A stretch of DNA of 64,000 bases, from positions 1-64,000 of the IMG/VR virus record IMGVR_UViG_3300010400_000002. The stretch is one strand, 5' to 3'. This document shows, one piece after another, positions 55,615 to 64,000 of this stretch. Source of the stretch: a virus. The translations under genes were made by a program, and so were the position numbers. The notes beneath the pieces are model-generated. The model made no database searches. It saw only the letters and a program-made list of their open reading frames with translations, and was not told where the DNA came from. How positions within the stretch are numbered: the first letter of the stretch is position 1; each line of letters starts with the position of its first letter.

Positions 55615-55754
55615 CGAAAACCCTCGGATGCCGCCGAGGGTTTCGTTTAGAGGTTGAGGTTCGATACCATCAAACCTCTTATCTTAACTGTTACTTTTCG
55701 GCATCAAAGTAACAAATTGCTTTCCATTATTTCAAATCAATGGGCACAAACGTA
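55615..55754 (-). promoter_or_regulatory. Promoter and three-hairpin leader of the replication operon
   Basis: TACGTTTG box at ~55747-55754; hairpins AAACCCTCGG/CCGAGGGTTT, AGAGGTT/AACCTCT and TGTTACTTT/AAAGTAACA; loops 1 and 3 are complementary. Confidence 0.65.
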
Positions 55755-55802
55755 ACTGTTGCGGTCGCATCGGAGAAACTTTTGGAAGGGAAGTTTTCAA
55801 CA

Positions 55803-56762
55803 TTATCGTGTTCTTATGAAGTTTTCCAATTCCTCAATATCCCCCTTCTCCCGTGTAACCATCTCCTTATATTTCTCAACATCAATCTGCTGCTGTATGT
55901 GAGATTCGATAATCGAAGTAAGAACCTGGGGCTTCAGCGCATCTACTTCCCAGCAGGTCTTTCCAAATTTAGCAATGTACTTATCACTTCGTGAATCAGT
56001 AAGTTTCGTAGGGTTAGGTGGCAGTTTGTATTTTTTGATTTGCTGCATCGTCAAACCAATCTGGATGATTTGAAAAATGTCAGAAGCAACCAAATGGTAC
56101 TCTCCCTGCTCAATCATGAAAGTTAATCGTTCACTTATATCACGAACCATATCTAACCCACTTGGGTCGTGATCTCCAAAATAAAGAATCGTAGTCATCC
56201 CTTCGTGAAGGCTGTTATTTAAAATGCGATTGTAGGCACTATACATCGCACTGGAAGAACTGTAACCTTTGTTAATGATTAGTTGGATGTGATACTTTTC
56301 GGTACTGCGTCGTAGTATTCCTGCAAGTGCATCTTTCTCGCTCCAAAGTTCAACGTGATTTGATTGTCCTTCTTGTCGGTCTAACCTATATTGGTCAATC
56401 GTGTCCTGTAACGCATGTTCAACACTGTTAACCGAATAAGGAATGTACGGTACTCTTCCGCGATCTTCAATAGCACCCCAATCAATGGTTCCACTGTAAC
56501 GGCAATCATCAACAATATCTCCCAATTTTTTATACGCTGTGATATGGTTTATGAATCCTTCTACGTGACCTACGAATTGATAATGAAGCTGCCGGAGAGT
56601 TAGAATATAACCTTCTGCTGCGTACTCATCTACGATGGATATTATGTTGGCTACAACATCCTCCTTTCTTGTGCGCCACCATTTGATACTGCCGTCATCA
56701 AATTTGCAGCATACATTTATAGCGCCCGTTAATTTCCTATCTTCAAATTTCTCTTTAGCCAT
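55803..56762 (-). CDS. TopoVI-A/Spo11-like winged-helix plus Toprim protein
   Basis: LTLRQLHYQ, ELWSEKDAL, GYSS, YFGDHDPSGLDM, WEVDAL; start MAKEKF at 56762 (the longer ORF overlaps the tRNA-like gene). Confidence 0.8.
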   Translation of the reverse strand: MAKEKFEDRKLTGAINVCCKFDDGSIKWWRTRKEDVVANIISIVDEYAAEGYILTLRQLHYQFVGHVEGFINHITAYKKLGDIVDDCRYSGTIDWGAIEDRGRVPYIPYSVNSVEHALQDTIDQYRLDRQEGQSNHVELWSEKDALAGILRRSTEKYHIQLIINKGYSSSSAMYSAYNRILNNSLHEGMTTILYFGDHDPSGLDMVRDISERLTFMIEQGEYHLVASDIFQIIQIGLTMQQIKKYKLPPNPTKLTDSRSDKYIAKFGKTCWEVDALKPQVLTSIIESHIQQQIDVEKYKEMVTREKGDIEELENFIRTR

Positions 56763-56766
56763 TTCG

Positions 56767-56852
56767 AAGCGAAGGGGGAACTCGAATCCCCGACCTATGC
56801 AGACCCACTCCACGTAGAAACTGCGTCGCTCTACCAACTGAGCTACTTCGCT
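56767..56852 (-). tRNA. tRNA-like gene with an enlarged anticodon arm (anticodon uncertain; UCU/Arg in the standard register)
   Basis: Acceptor AGCGAAG/CUUCGCU, D-arm GCUC-AGUUGGUA-GAGC, T-arm GGGGA-UUCGAGU-UCCCC; 18-nt anticodon loop; no encoded CCA. Confidence 0.7.
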
Positions 56853-57088
56853 ACAGGTTAGCTTTGCCTGTATTCATCAGAGAGTTTCCTTCTCCTCACT
56901 TTCAACGTTACAGGTGACGCGCCTTGCTTACATGAGTTCGCTTCGGACTCCATCCAATCTTACGATTGCTCATACGGAAAAAATCTTTAAAAAGAAGGAT
57001 GCGAATGGTCACGGCAAAACTGTAATCTGTTCGCTGCAGTCGCACCCTCAACCGGAGTGCTTAACCTCCGGTGTATGGTTTGTAAGTT

Positions 57089-57694
57089 TCAAGATTTTAA
57101 AAGTTCTGGATTTTCGTAAATATTTCCGATCACTTCCATTCCATTTACTTGTTTAAAAAAATCTTCGAAGTCTTTTGCTTCAATTTCAAGTTGCTCACAA
57201 CAATACTCCACTGACTCCCATAACTCTCCGTCATCACCATTTCTTAGTGAGCATACCTCCATCATTCTTTGTTTATCATAATCACCAAAACCGCCAATAG
57301 TTCCAGTAAAAGGAGCGTATTCACCTTCATGGTCATCTGTCACAAATCCATTGAAATTATATTTGACAGATTTAATTTTCCAAGATGCTTTTGTGTCAAT
57401 TGGCTCGGTATAACTTCCATTTGGAATATTATCACCCGTATGGGTTTGATACTCCGTTTTGATTTCAGCCCACCTCAAAATATCTCCCTCATAAATTTCC
57501 TTTCCGTTCTTGTCATGGAGTCCGGTGAACTCAACAATTTCAACATCTTCTCTATTGAGATAGTCACCATTATAATTTGTTGACTTTAAAGTGAAGCATC
57601 CCCCCTCATCAGAAATATAAACTGTATCATGGTCAGTCAAAAATCTATTCTTCTTTTTATCCCATGCGCGAAACTTTATTTCTCTGTTTTTCAT
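57089..57694 (-). CDS. YopX-family protein
   Basis: REIKFRAWDK...FTGLHDKNGKEIYEGDIL...EVIGNIYENPELL. Confidence 0.9.
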   Translation of the reverse strand: MKNREIKFRAWDKKKNRFLTDHDTVYISDEGGCFTLKSTNYNGDYLNREDVEIVEFTGLHDKNGKEIYEGDILRWAEIKTEYQTHTGDNIPNGSYTEPIDTKASWKIKSVKYNFNGFVTDDHEGEYAPFTGTIGGFGDYDKQRMMEVCSLRNGDDGELWESVEYCCEQLEIEAKDFEDFFKQVNGMEVIGNIYENPELLKS

Positions 57695-57721
57695 TGGGTC
57701 AGTTCGATTGGTTCAGGTTCA

Positions 57722-58126
57722 TTAATTGGAATTAACACGGTTAAACTCATTCTTCAAGGCACTAACAGAAGTCCTCACAAAATCCAACTGGTGAGTAATA
57801 GTCCGGCTTAATCTCTCTGCAACATTGTAAGCATACTCCGATTCGCTGCACTTAGCGGTGATATAATCCTTCACCACACTTGCCGGAACCCACTCCAACC
57901 GTCGCGCCTCCACGTTGAAAACAAATTGCTCATACGCTTTTGCTTTCTTATCACTCCACACCTTTTTGAATTCTGCCATCTGCGAATTGGTATAAGCCAT
58001 GTAACCGGATAACTGAGCTCCGTACTCTATCCATTGGTCAATAGTGGATAGTGACTGCATCGTTTCGGAGCAGAGGATACTTTCGATCTTTTTTAATTCT
58101 TCCAGGTGGTCAATCATCGGATTCAA
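57722..58126 (-). CDS. Helical protein in the recombination operon (UvsY-like?)
   Basis: 134-aa coiled coil next to exonuclease and Sak4-like genes. Confidence 0.4.
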   Translation of the reverse strand: MNPMIDHLEELKKIESILCSETMQSLSTIDQWIEYGAQLSGYMAYTNSQMAEFKKVWSDKKAKAYEQFVFNVEARRLEWVPASVVKDYITAKCSESEYAYNVAERLSRTITHQLDFVRTSVSALKNEFNRVNSN

Positions 58127-59357
58127 CTTTAGAGGAATAGAAATTAGACCATTCTTCTTGTGACTTAAACTTACTGTGATATTCCTTACCGTTCCAAATT
58201 AATTTCCAATCATTCCAATCAACATCATCAGATGGAAGATCATAAGCATCTACACCGAAAGTATTAGCACCTAATGAGGTTGCAAATTGTAATGTAAAAG
58301 GAAAACATTTCAGGTTGTTTGCTGCAAGTATTTTAAAGCCATGCTCTAAAATATCAATAACTTCTTTCTCAGATTTGTCATTTCCTAAAATCATTTTCAA
58401 TCGTCCTGAGTGAATGAAGTTATGACAGTAATGACACAATGGTTCAATGGAAAGTATCTCACATATACCAGTGCGATAGTCAATTTTCCAAAACTCATGT
58501 GCTTCTAACCACTCATGTTTTTTTGCTTGGGATTTATGAATGCCGCAGGCAGCGCAATGATAGTCAGTTGAAGCATATACTAATTGGCGTTCACTATTCC
58601 ACCAATCATCTCCCATAATTTCTCTTGGGGCAACTCCATGAAGCGGTTTAGGGATATGAGGGTGGCACAGTATTTCAGGTTTAAGAATTTTCCTTACCGG
58701 CGTTCCTGATTTTACGATCTCATTCCAATCATCAATCATTCCATGCACTTTGATGAAGTCCACAAATCCTTTAAGTGAATGGATAAGTTTCGTTTCGTAA
58801 GCTGCATCCCACTCGAAAGGAAATTCTTCATGGGTGATGGTAGCTGATAGTTCTTTCTTCTCCTGAATGAAAAATACATCGTAACAGAACATCGGAACAT
58901 CAGCCATGAACATATACCATAGGTGCTGTGTCTTATCCATGTACGCTTCATAGGAAGGCTTGGTGCGCGTTGTTTTAAAGTCGTGAATAATCCCGGGGCA
59001 CAAGCAATCTACTTTCCCCCTCACGTTGCAGATGATTCCGTTGACCTCAATTTCTTTGTTCACCCAAACTTCTGTCGCATTGGGTGTTGGTAGCGTTTGA
59101 TGGAAGTCAGTGAGAACTTTGAGAACATCATTTGAAAGAAATTCTGCCTCTACGGTAATCCCTCCATACGCTTGCGCATATTCGTCGAATGGGTTTTCAA
59201 GAAACTTATGTACCGCCGTTCCAAAGTCTTTCTCAAAAGTTTTCTGATCTCTCCCTTCAAGGTAGTCAATAAACTTCTGTTGGTCAAGTCCCCACTTTTC
59301 AGCAAGGAAGTCATCGAACCGTTCCAACTTAGACACGGAGATATTAAGCGATAGCAT
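58110..59357 (-). CDS. PD-(D/E)xK exonuclease-like domain fused to an HNH endonuclease domain
   Basis: ISVSKL, FGTAVHKFLE, RGKVD, DFKT, QHLWY; then CAACG...LEAHEFW...LCHYCHNFIH. Confidence 0.75.
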   Translation of the reverse strand: MLSLNISVSKLERFDDFLAEKWGLDQQKFIDYLEGRDQKTFEKDFGTAVHKFLENPFDEYAQAYGGITVEAEFLSNDVLKVLTDFHQTLPTPNATEVWVNKEIEVNGIICNVRGKVDCLCPGIIHDFKTTRTKPSYEAYMDKTQHLWYMFMADVPMFCYDVFFIQEKKELSATITHEEFPFEWDAAYETKLIHSLKGFVDFIKVHGMIDDWNEIVKSGTPVRKILKPEILCHPHIPKPLHGVAPREIMGDDWWNSERQLVYASTDYHCAACGIHKSQAKKHEWLEAHEFWKIDYRTGICEILSIEPLCHYCHNFIHSGRLKMILGNDKSEKEVIDILEHGFKILAANNLKCFPFTLQFATSLGANTFGVDAYDLPSDDVDWNDWKLIWNGKEYHSKFKSQEEWSNFYSSKVESDD

Positions 59358-60276
59358 CGGCGGTGTTGTTGATTAGCTCATAGGATGAATTGGCTTTGCT
59401 GTACACCAGTCCGGCTTTGGCGGCTGCTTCTGTCAGCATCTTGCGACAAATAAGTTGAGAATTTTTATCCATTGCCGCTACCTGTGTTACTGCAGCATTG
59501 AACTGCCCAATCTCTGTTGCCTGCTTAATGAATGTTTCGAACTCTGAAACGACGGAAGTAGTCTTAGAAAGAATGCGTGTACGGTCCATAATCTTATCCT
59601 TCGTTCTCTGAATCACCTCAGCCATGAAGTTGGTAAATTTTGGATCCGCCAAATCAGGAACAGAAATAGTTGAGAGCATTGCCGTATCCTTACCAATGTT
59701 TTTATCAGTAGGGGTAAAGCGAATCATACGCTGCTTGTTGGCAATATGCACATAACCCACTTGGTCCGCAAGTCGCATGAGAAGGGCATAGCTTCCACCG
59801 GTGATGTCAGGATATTTAATGATGGTATCACCTTCCTTTTCATCTTTAGCGTGGGCAATCACAATAATATCTTTCCCCGCTTGACGGTAACGGTTATTCC
59901 ACGACTTGAACGCTTCACCCATTGCACCATATCCGGCAAGGGAAAGAGCGCCATTTGATTTCTTATTCTTGTAATCCTCTTTGATTACAAACTCAGCGAT
60001 CACATCATCAAGGGCTGCTTTCGCAGTGTCAATGATGATGGTGTCGTAAGCCATTATCTCTTTCTCCAATGACAGAACTTCATCCCAACCTTTTGTAATG
60101 GAGAAAGTGTCTTTGATTAATCCGGCTCGATCATAACCGCGATCAAAGTCCAACAGGATTGGATTGGTAGAGGTCAGGGATATTGTAGTCTTGGAAGAAC
60201 CTGGTTCTCCGTACAGGACTGTGAAGATGGGGCGAGATTTAATCTCCGTCATTTGGTTTTGCTTAATTATGGGCAT
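59344..60276 (-). CDS. Sak4-like AAA_24 ATPase (single-strand annealing protein)
   Basis: LYGEPGSSKTT, LLDFDRG, TIIIDT, IVIAHAKD, ADQVGY. Confidence 0.85.
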   Translation of the reverse strand: MPIIKQNQMTEIKSRPIFTVLYGEPGSSKTTISLTSTNPILLDFDRGYDRAGLIKDTFSITKGWDEVLSLEKEIMAYDTIIIDTAKAALDDVIAEFVIKEDYKNKKSNGALSLAGYGAMGEAFKSWNNRYRQAGKDIIVIAHAKDEKEGDTIIKYPDITGGSYALLMRLADQVGYVHIANKQRMIRFTPTDKNIGKDTAMLSTISVPDLADPKFTNFMAEVIQRTKDKIMDRTRILSKTTSVVSEFETFIKQATEIGQFNAAVTQVAAMDKNSQLICRKMLTEAAAKAGLVYSKANSSYELINNTADAIA

Positions 60277-60374
60277 AGTATTTCGATTTTAAGTTTACGC
60301 TTTGATCGCGGCAAGAGCGACAAGGCAGGCGAAGATCACCAGTGCCGCAATGATGTTTTCGATGGTTCTGGGTT

Positions 60375-60947
60375 TTATTTTATTTTAGATGCCATTACGG
60401 ATTTCTCTAAAGCTGTCAAGTTCCAACCAGCCACGGCTACAAACATTCTCTCATTGATTCGCTTGAGCAGCCACGGGTCTGTAGGTGGAATCATTTTCCA
60501 TTCATCCACTTCCCAAAGGATATAGTAATCATCAGTTAGTTTCGCCGGAAGAACAGATGGAGGAATTATAGGAACGGGGGCTGTTAATTCAAAACTCCAA
60601 TTGGTATTCGCTGGACGTGGCAAGCACTTTTTAAGAATAACTTGTTCTGAAGTTTTTTTCCAATTTCTTCTCTCCATAAAAGTAATATCTCCCTCTCTTG
60701 TAAAGTAGCAATATACTTCTTTAAATGTCGCTTTACATACTGCCAACTTAGGATAAAAGTTTTCATGCAGTCCACCTTTTTGAATCACCTCAAAGATGTC
60801 AATGAGTTTTTTTCCAAGATACAGTTGGCGGTACAACTGCTTTAAATCCTTGTATGCGGGATCGTTTCTTTTCTTCACAGCCTCACGATATTCCAAGTAC
60901 TTTTGTTTTGCTACTTCCGCAGTTTCGCTTATGAAGTCAAGTGTCAT
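60375..60947 (-). CDS. Conserved phage hypothetical protein
   Basis: APVPIIPP...YYILWEV...PTDPWLLKR...WNLTALE. Confidence 0.6.
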   Translation of the reverse strand: MTLDFISETAEVAKQKYLEYREAVKKRNDPAYKDLKQLYRQLYLGKKLIDIFEVIQKGGLHENFYPKLAVCKATFKEVYCYFTREGDITFMERRNWKKTSEQVILKKCLPRPANTNWSFELTAPVPIIPPSVLPAKLTDDYYILWEVDEWKMIPPTDPWLLKRINERMFVAVAGWNLTALEKSVMASKIK

Positions 60948-60990
60948 GGTTTTCTATTTTTAACTACTGCTGTCTGCAATTCAGTGTCAA

Positions 60991-61188
60991 TCACTTTTTC
61001 TTTTTCAACTGTGAAAGTTCGCGCTCCAATTCCGCTATCTTAGTTTCACGCACTGTCATTTCTTTCACATTTTTAAAATAGTGATTTACCACTATTCTCG
61101 TATTGTCAAGTCCGTGCTTTTTAATCATTCCTGCTAATCTGGAATTGATAGCATTCTTTGTTCTGGTAGGAACATTTTTGATTGTCAT
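60991..61188 (-). CDS. Hypothetical protein
   Basis: 65-aa ORF. Confidence 0.5.
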   Translation of the reverse strand: MTIKNVPTRTKNAINSRLAGMIKKHGLDNTRIVVNHYFKNVKEMTVRETKIAELERELSQLKKKK

Positions 61189-61190
61189 GA

Positions 61191-61379
61191 TTATTTTGGT
61201 TTACGGTTTTTGAGTCCTATACGAATCAGTTCAGTTGCAAGATGTGGCATTTTTAATCCTTCCTGATAACAGATGCGCCTCATTTGCTGATTCAATTCGA
61301 GTGGAAGTTCTCTAACTTTTAATTCGACTGTAATCTTATCTTGTTTCATAGGGTGCGAATTTACATACACTTTTACCAC
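61191..61379 (-). CDS. Possible ribbon-helix-helix DNA-binding protein
   Basis: LKVRELPLELNQQMR...GLKM..LATELIRIGL beta-alpha-alpha pattern. Confidence 0.45.
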   Translation of the reverse strand: MVKVYVNSHPMKQDKITVELKVRELPLELNQQMRRICYQEGLKMPHLATELIRIGLKNRKPK

Positions 61380-61415
61380 TTTACGCTATTAGGGTAAACT
61401 AAATTTATGAACATT

Positions 61416-61634
61416 TTAATCACTTTCCACCTTCAGCATCTTATCCCCTGCCTCCTCCTTAGAATAGTTCAGCAACTCCAATCGTATCATCCGGCAAATC
61501 TCAGCCCCGGAGTATCGCTCTTTCTTTTTGATCTTACGGCTGAACTGCAACAGCGCCCTGTGTTGGAACTGTGATACTTTGCTCTCTACTATTTTCTTCA
61601 GGACGGACTGGTTAATCAGTGAATCATATCTCAT
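61416..61634 (-). CDS. Hypothetical protein
   Basis: 72-aa ORF. Confidence 0.45.
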   Translation of the reverse strand: MRYDSLINQSVLKKIVESKVSQFQHRALLQFSRKIKKKERYSGAEICRMIRLELLNYSKEEAGDKMLKVESD

Positions 61635-61652
61635 TATTTGGAGTAGTTGGTG

Positions 61653-62369
61653 TCATTTTACAATAACCGCTTCTGTTTCACTGATCGGTTTGATGGATAC
61701 TCTTTCGCCTATCTTGGGTTTTTTGGATTTAATGTATAGGTCAAATAATTCTGCGGAAGAAAGACAATCTTCAGTAACAACACCTAAATACCATCCGCAT
61801 ACTTCATTCGGGTTTTCATAATCACCAGCATGAATATAGTTTTCTTTCACAATCCACTCAGCGAATCCAATCATATCCGATTCAGAGAAGGTGTGTGTTT
61901 GTTGGTGGGATTGTTCTTCGAGCCAATGGGTAACGCATTTTTTATGCTCCTCAATTCGTGTTGCCTGACTCATTCCTAAAGTCCACCATTCGCCTTCTAA
62001 CACTTGATTCTCTATCGCTTTCTTATTTGACCAATCAAGACTTTCATTAACCTTCGGTCTATACTGAGCCATCATCGGTATTCTGCCACCTACAAGAATA
62101 AAATGAATCGTAGCAAAATCAGGTAATCTTTCATTCACATCCACAGCAACAAAAACTCTTTGCTTCCCCTCAACAACCCTATATTCCTTTCTGGATTGTT
62201 CCCAAATTTTATGTGCATCAGAAAACAATTTAAACTCTTCATCTAACGTAAGACCTTCCATATCAGAAAAGTCATTACGCTGCGGTTCTTTGGCGAAATC
62301 TAAAAGCGTTTTCACGGTAAGCGGTTCAAGGGAAGTTACCACTGCATCTATTGTTTCGAGTCCTGTCAT
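61653..62369 (-). CDS. Hypothetical protein (DUF551-like elements)
   Basis: VDVNERLPD...VTHWLE; likely start MTGLET. Confidence 0.55.
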   Translation of the reverse strand: MTGLETIDAVVTSLEPLTVKTLLDFAKEPQRNDFSDMEGLTLDEEFKLFSDAHKIWEQSRKEYRVVEGKQRVFVAVDVNERLPDFATIHFILVGGRIPMMAQYRPKVNESLDWSNKKAIENQVLEGEWWTLGMSQATRIEEHKKCVTHWLEEQSHQQTHTFSESDMIGFAEWIVKENYIHAGDYENPNEVCGWYLGVVTEDCLSSAELFDLYIKSKKPKIGERVSIKPISETEAVIVK

Positions 62370-62797
62370 GATTTTTTTGTTTGATTGTACCATTTGATGA
62401 ATTCAATTACTGATTTATAAACAGCTTCATGTTTAGTTTTACAGAAACCGCTATATAATTGTGGGAGTTCAAAGTTTTCATACTTAGATGTCATTCCTAA
62501 TTGAGTACTAAATTCCATGAAGCATCTGGTATCTTTGATAATAACTGATATTCCACCATCATATAATAATTCAATCTTCTCCACCACTGGCATAAGCCAA
62601 TCCCAAGAGGAATGATATTTAAGACTCTTAACATCAATTGTATCATACCAATTTTCATACTGCTTAGGTGAACCCCGTTTATGTCCCATTGATTTTTTAC
62701 CGGGCATCAACTCCCGACCTTCGTAAAAAATATCAATTAGGGTATTGCCTTGTTCAATAGTTACTTCGGCTTCAATTACTGTTTTGGATTCTGTCAT
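62366..62797 (-). CDS. Bacteroidota-phage hypothetical protein
   Basis: LKYHSSWDWLMPVVEKIE...AVYKSVIEFIKWYN motif. Confidence 0.65.
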   Translation of the reverse strand: MTESKTVIEAEVTIEQGNTLIDIFYEGRELMPGKKSMGHKRGSPKQYENWYDTIDVKSLKYHSSWDWLMPVVEKIELLYDGGISVIIKDTRCFMEFSTQLGMTSKYENFELPQLYSGFCKTKHEAVYKSVIEFIKWYNQTKKS

Positions 62798-63000
62798 GAT
62801 GTATAGCATTTAATCAGTGAAATTATTTTACCGATAGCAACATTGTTAATGTCCATTTGTCCTGATTCAATTTGTGATAGGTAAGAATTACTCACTCCTG
62901 TAAGTGATTCAACTTGTCTGAGTGAAAGATTTTTTTTCTTTCTTAGCTTCTTTAATCCAGCAGCACTTTTAAAAAAGTCAATGTCTATTTGTAAACTCAT
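62794..63000 (-). CDS. XRE/Cro-type HTH protein
   Basis: LKKLRKKKNLSLRQVESLTGVSNSYLSQIESG. Confidence 0.9.
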   Translation of the reverse strand: MSLQIDIDFFKSAAGLKKLRKKKNLSLRQVESLTGVSNSYLSQIESGQMDINNVAIGKIISLIKCYTS

Positions 63001-63425
63001 GATGATTTGGTTTGAGAGTTAATTAATAGCACAACAAACTTCCCCTTTGATGGGTCTATTCCGTGACTTCGCAGTAAGGAGAGGAAGGAATCATTTTTAT
63101 TTAGAAACCATCCGCCGCCAAGATATTTTGTATAATCTTGATACCACGTTTTTCCAAGATCGTTATGACTATAACAAAACTCACTGCAATCAAAATCAAT
63201 TACTCCATGATCTATTTTCCCAAGAATTTTGTAATCTTTAGCAAGAGGTAATTCTTTTGTAATTAGTGTTTCATCTCCCGTACATTCCTCAACATCTAAA
63301 TCATCCAAATCAATCATATAAATTAATTCCTGCTTTGTAGTATAGTTCTGAATATCATAACCAAAACTATTTGACGGAACTTCCACGACGATAATATTTT
63401 CCCTTGCAGTTTTAATCTGTTTCAT
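62997..63425 (-). CDS. Hypothetical protein (tandem paralog of the next gene)
   Basis: Shares YKILG.I..G.IDFDC, DYTK, DSFLSLL..H.ID.SKGKFV with 63422-63841. Confidence 0.65.
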   Translation of the reverse strand: MKQIKTARENIIVVEVPSNSFGYDIQNYTTKQELIYMIDLDDLDVEECTGDETLITKELPLAKDYKILGKIDHGVIDFDCSEFCYSHNDLGKTWYQDYTKYLGGGWFLNKNDSFLSLLRSHGIDPSKGKFVVLLINSQTKSS

Positions 63426-63841
63426 AGTTTATTATTTTTCAATAAGCAAACAAATTTTCCTTTACTTACATCAATGTGATGATGCAGAAGCAATGATAGG
63501 AAGGAATCTTCTTTAGATAAATTCCAATCATTTCTATTTTTTAAATTGGGGGGACGTTTTGTATAATCAGGATACCACCAACTATCGTCATCGCGTGCCC
63601 TTAAAAGAAACTTGCCACAATCAAACTTCACCTCTCCATTCCAAATCTCTCCCAACACTTCATAATCCTCTTCCTTCCCTTCCAACCCGATCATATAATC
63701 CGGTGTATCATTATCATGACACATCACCCACAGGTATGTTGTTTTACCGTCGTTTCTGATTTGGTATTCGTAGGCGAAGTCGAATACTGAAATGACGAGG
63801 ATGTTTGCTTTGGGGGTTGGGATTTTGGTGGGGTTATTCAT
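63422..63841 (-). CDS. Hypothetical protein (tandem paralog of the previous gene)
   Basis: Same shared motifs as 62997-63425. Confidence 0.65.
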   Translation of the reverse strand: MNNPTKIPTPKANILVISVFDFAYEYQIRNDGKTTYLWVMCHDNDTPDYMIGLEGKEEDYEVLGEIWNGEVKFDCGKFLLRARDDDSWWYPDYTKRPPNLKNRNDWNLSKEDSFLSLLLHHHIDVSKGKFVCLLKNNKL

Positions 63842-64000
63842 TCGGTAGATGATTTAATTGTTTGCAAAACCTCAAGCCATAATTCTAATTCATCAATGTA
63901 ATTCATATCTCTCCTTTTTTGATTAAGTTTAATCTGTGTATCCAATAACTATAAGCCCATTCTGGGGTATTGAATAGCTTTGACACCTTAACTATTAAAT

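Noticed and set aside
56846-56900. Hammerhead ribozyme (CUGAUGA followed by a hairpin on -)
   Set aside because: The downstream core reads GAAG rather than GAAA, and no stem III or NUH site can be formed.
58700-59357. Cas4 / adaptation gene for the RAMP system
   Set aside because: It lacks the Cas4 Fe-S cysteine pattern, sits with Sak4 in an ordinary recombination operon and is ~10 kb from the array.
1-64000. Stop-codon reassignment (TAG/TGA) as in some crAss-like phages
   Set aside because: Long genes are intact under the standard code and TAG/TGA end genes at sensible places (e.g. 13468, 43463, 16880). The CUA in the tRNA-like loop is out of the standard anticodon register.

Overview
64-kb segment of a tailed dsDNA phage, probably infecting Bacteroidota (TAnnTTTG promoter boxes; Bacteroidota-phage gene families). 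It has two convergent halves. The + strand (1-47.5 kb) is a crAss-related podovirus morphogenesis module: terminase, portal, an inserted six-gene sugar-modification cassette, scaffold, major capsid, tail rings, muzzle, cargo proteins, tail hub and fibre, two glycoside-hydrolase-like proteins, and a membrane-protein cluster containing a stand-alone PAS domain. The - strand (47.6-64 kb) is the early/replication module: Sak4-like ATPase, exonuclease-HNH fusion, YopX, an odd tRNA-like gene, TopoVI-A/Toprim protein, DUF4373-type initiator with iterons, helicase, MazG-like enzyme, nucleases and an MT-A70 methyltransferase. The standout element sits at the junction. A lone RAMP/Cas7-like gene (48247-48873, -) has its own promoter and is followed directly by a ~600-nt non-coding array, then an intrinsic terminator. 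The array is ~104 in-register GGY-NN pentamers split into six units by five short hairpins. I infer a minimal, non-CRISPR RNA-guided system in which the variable NN dinucleotides encode gapped targets. All protein calls come from motif recognition and synteny by eye; no database searches were run.
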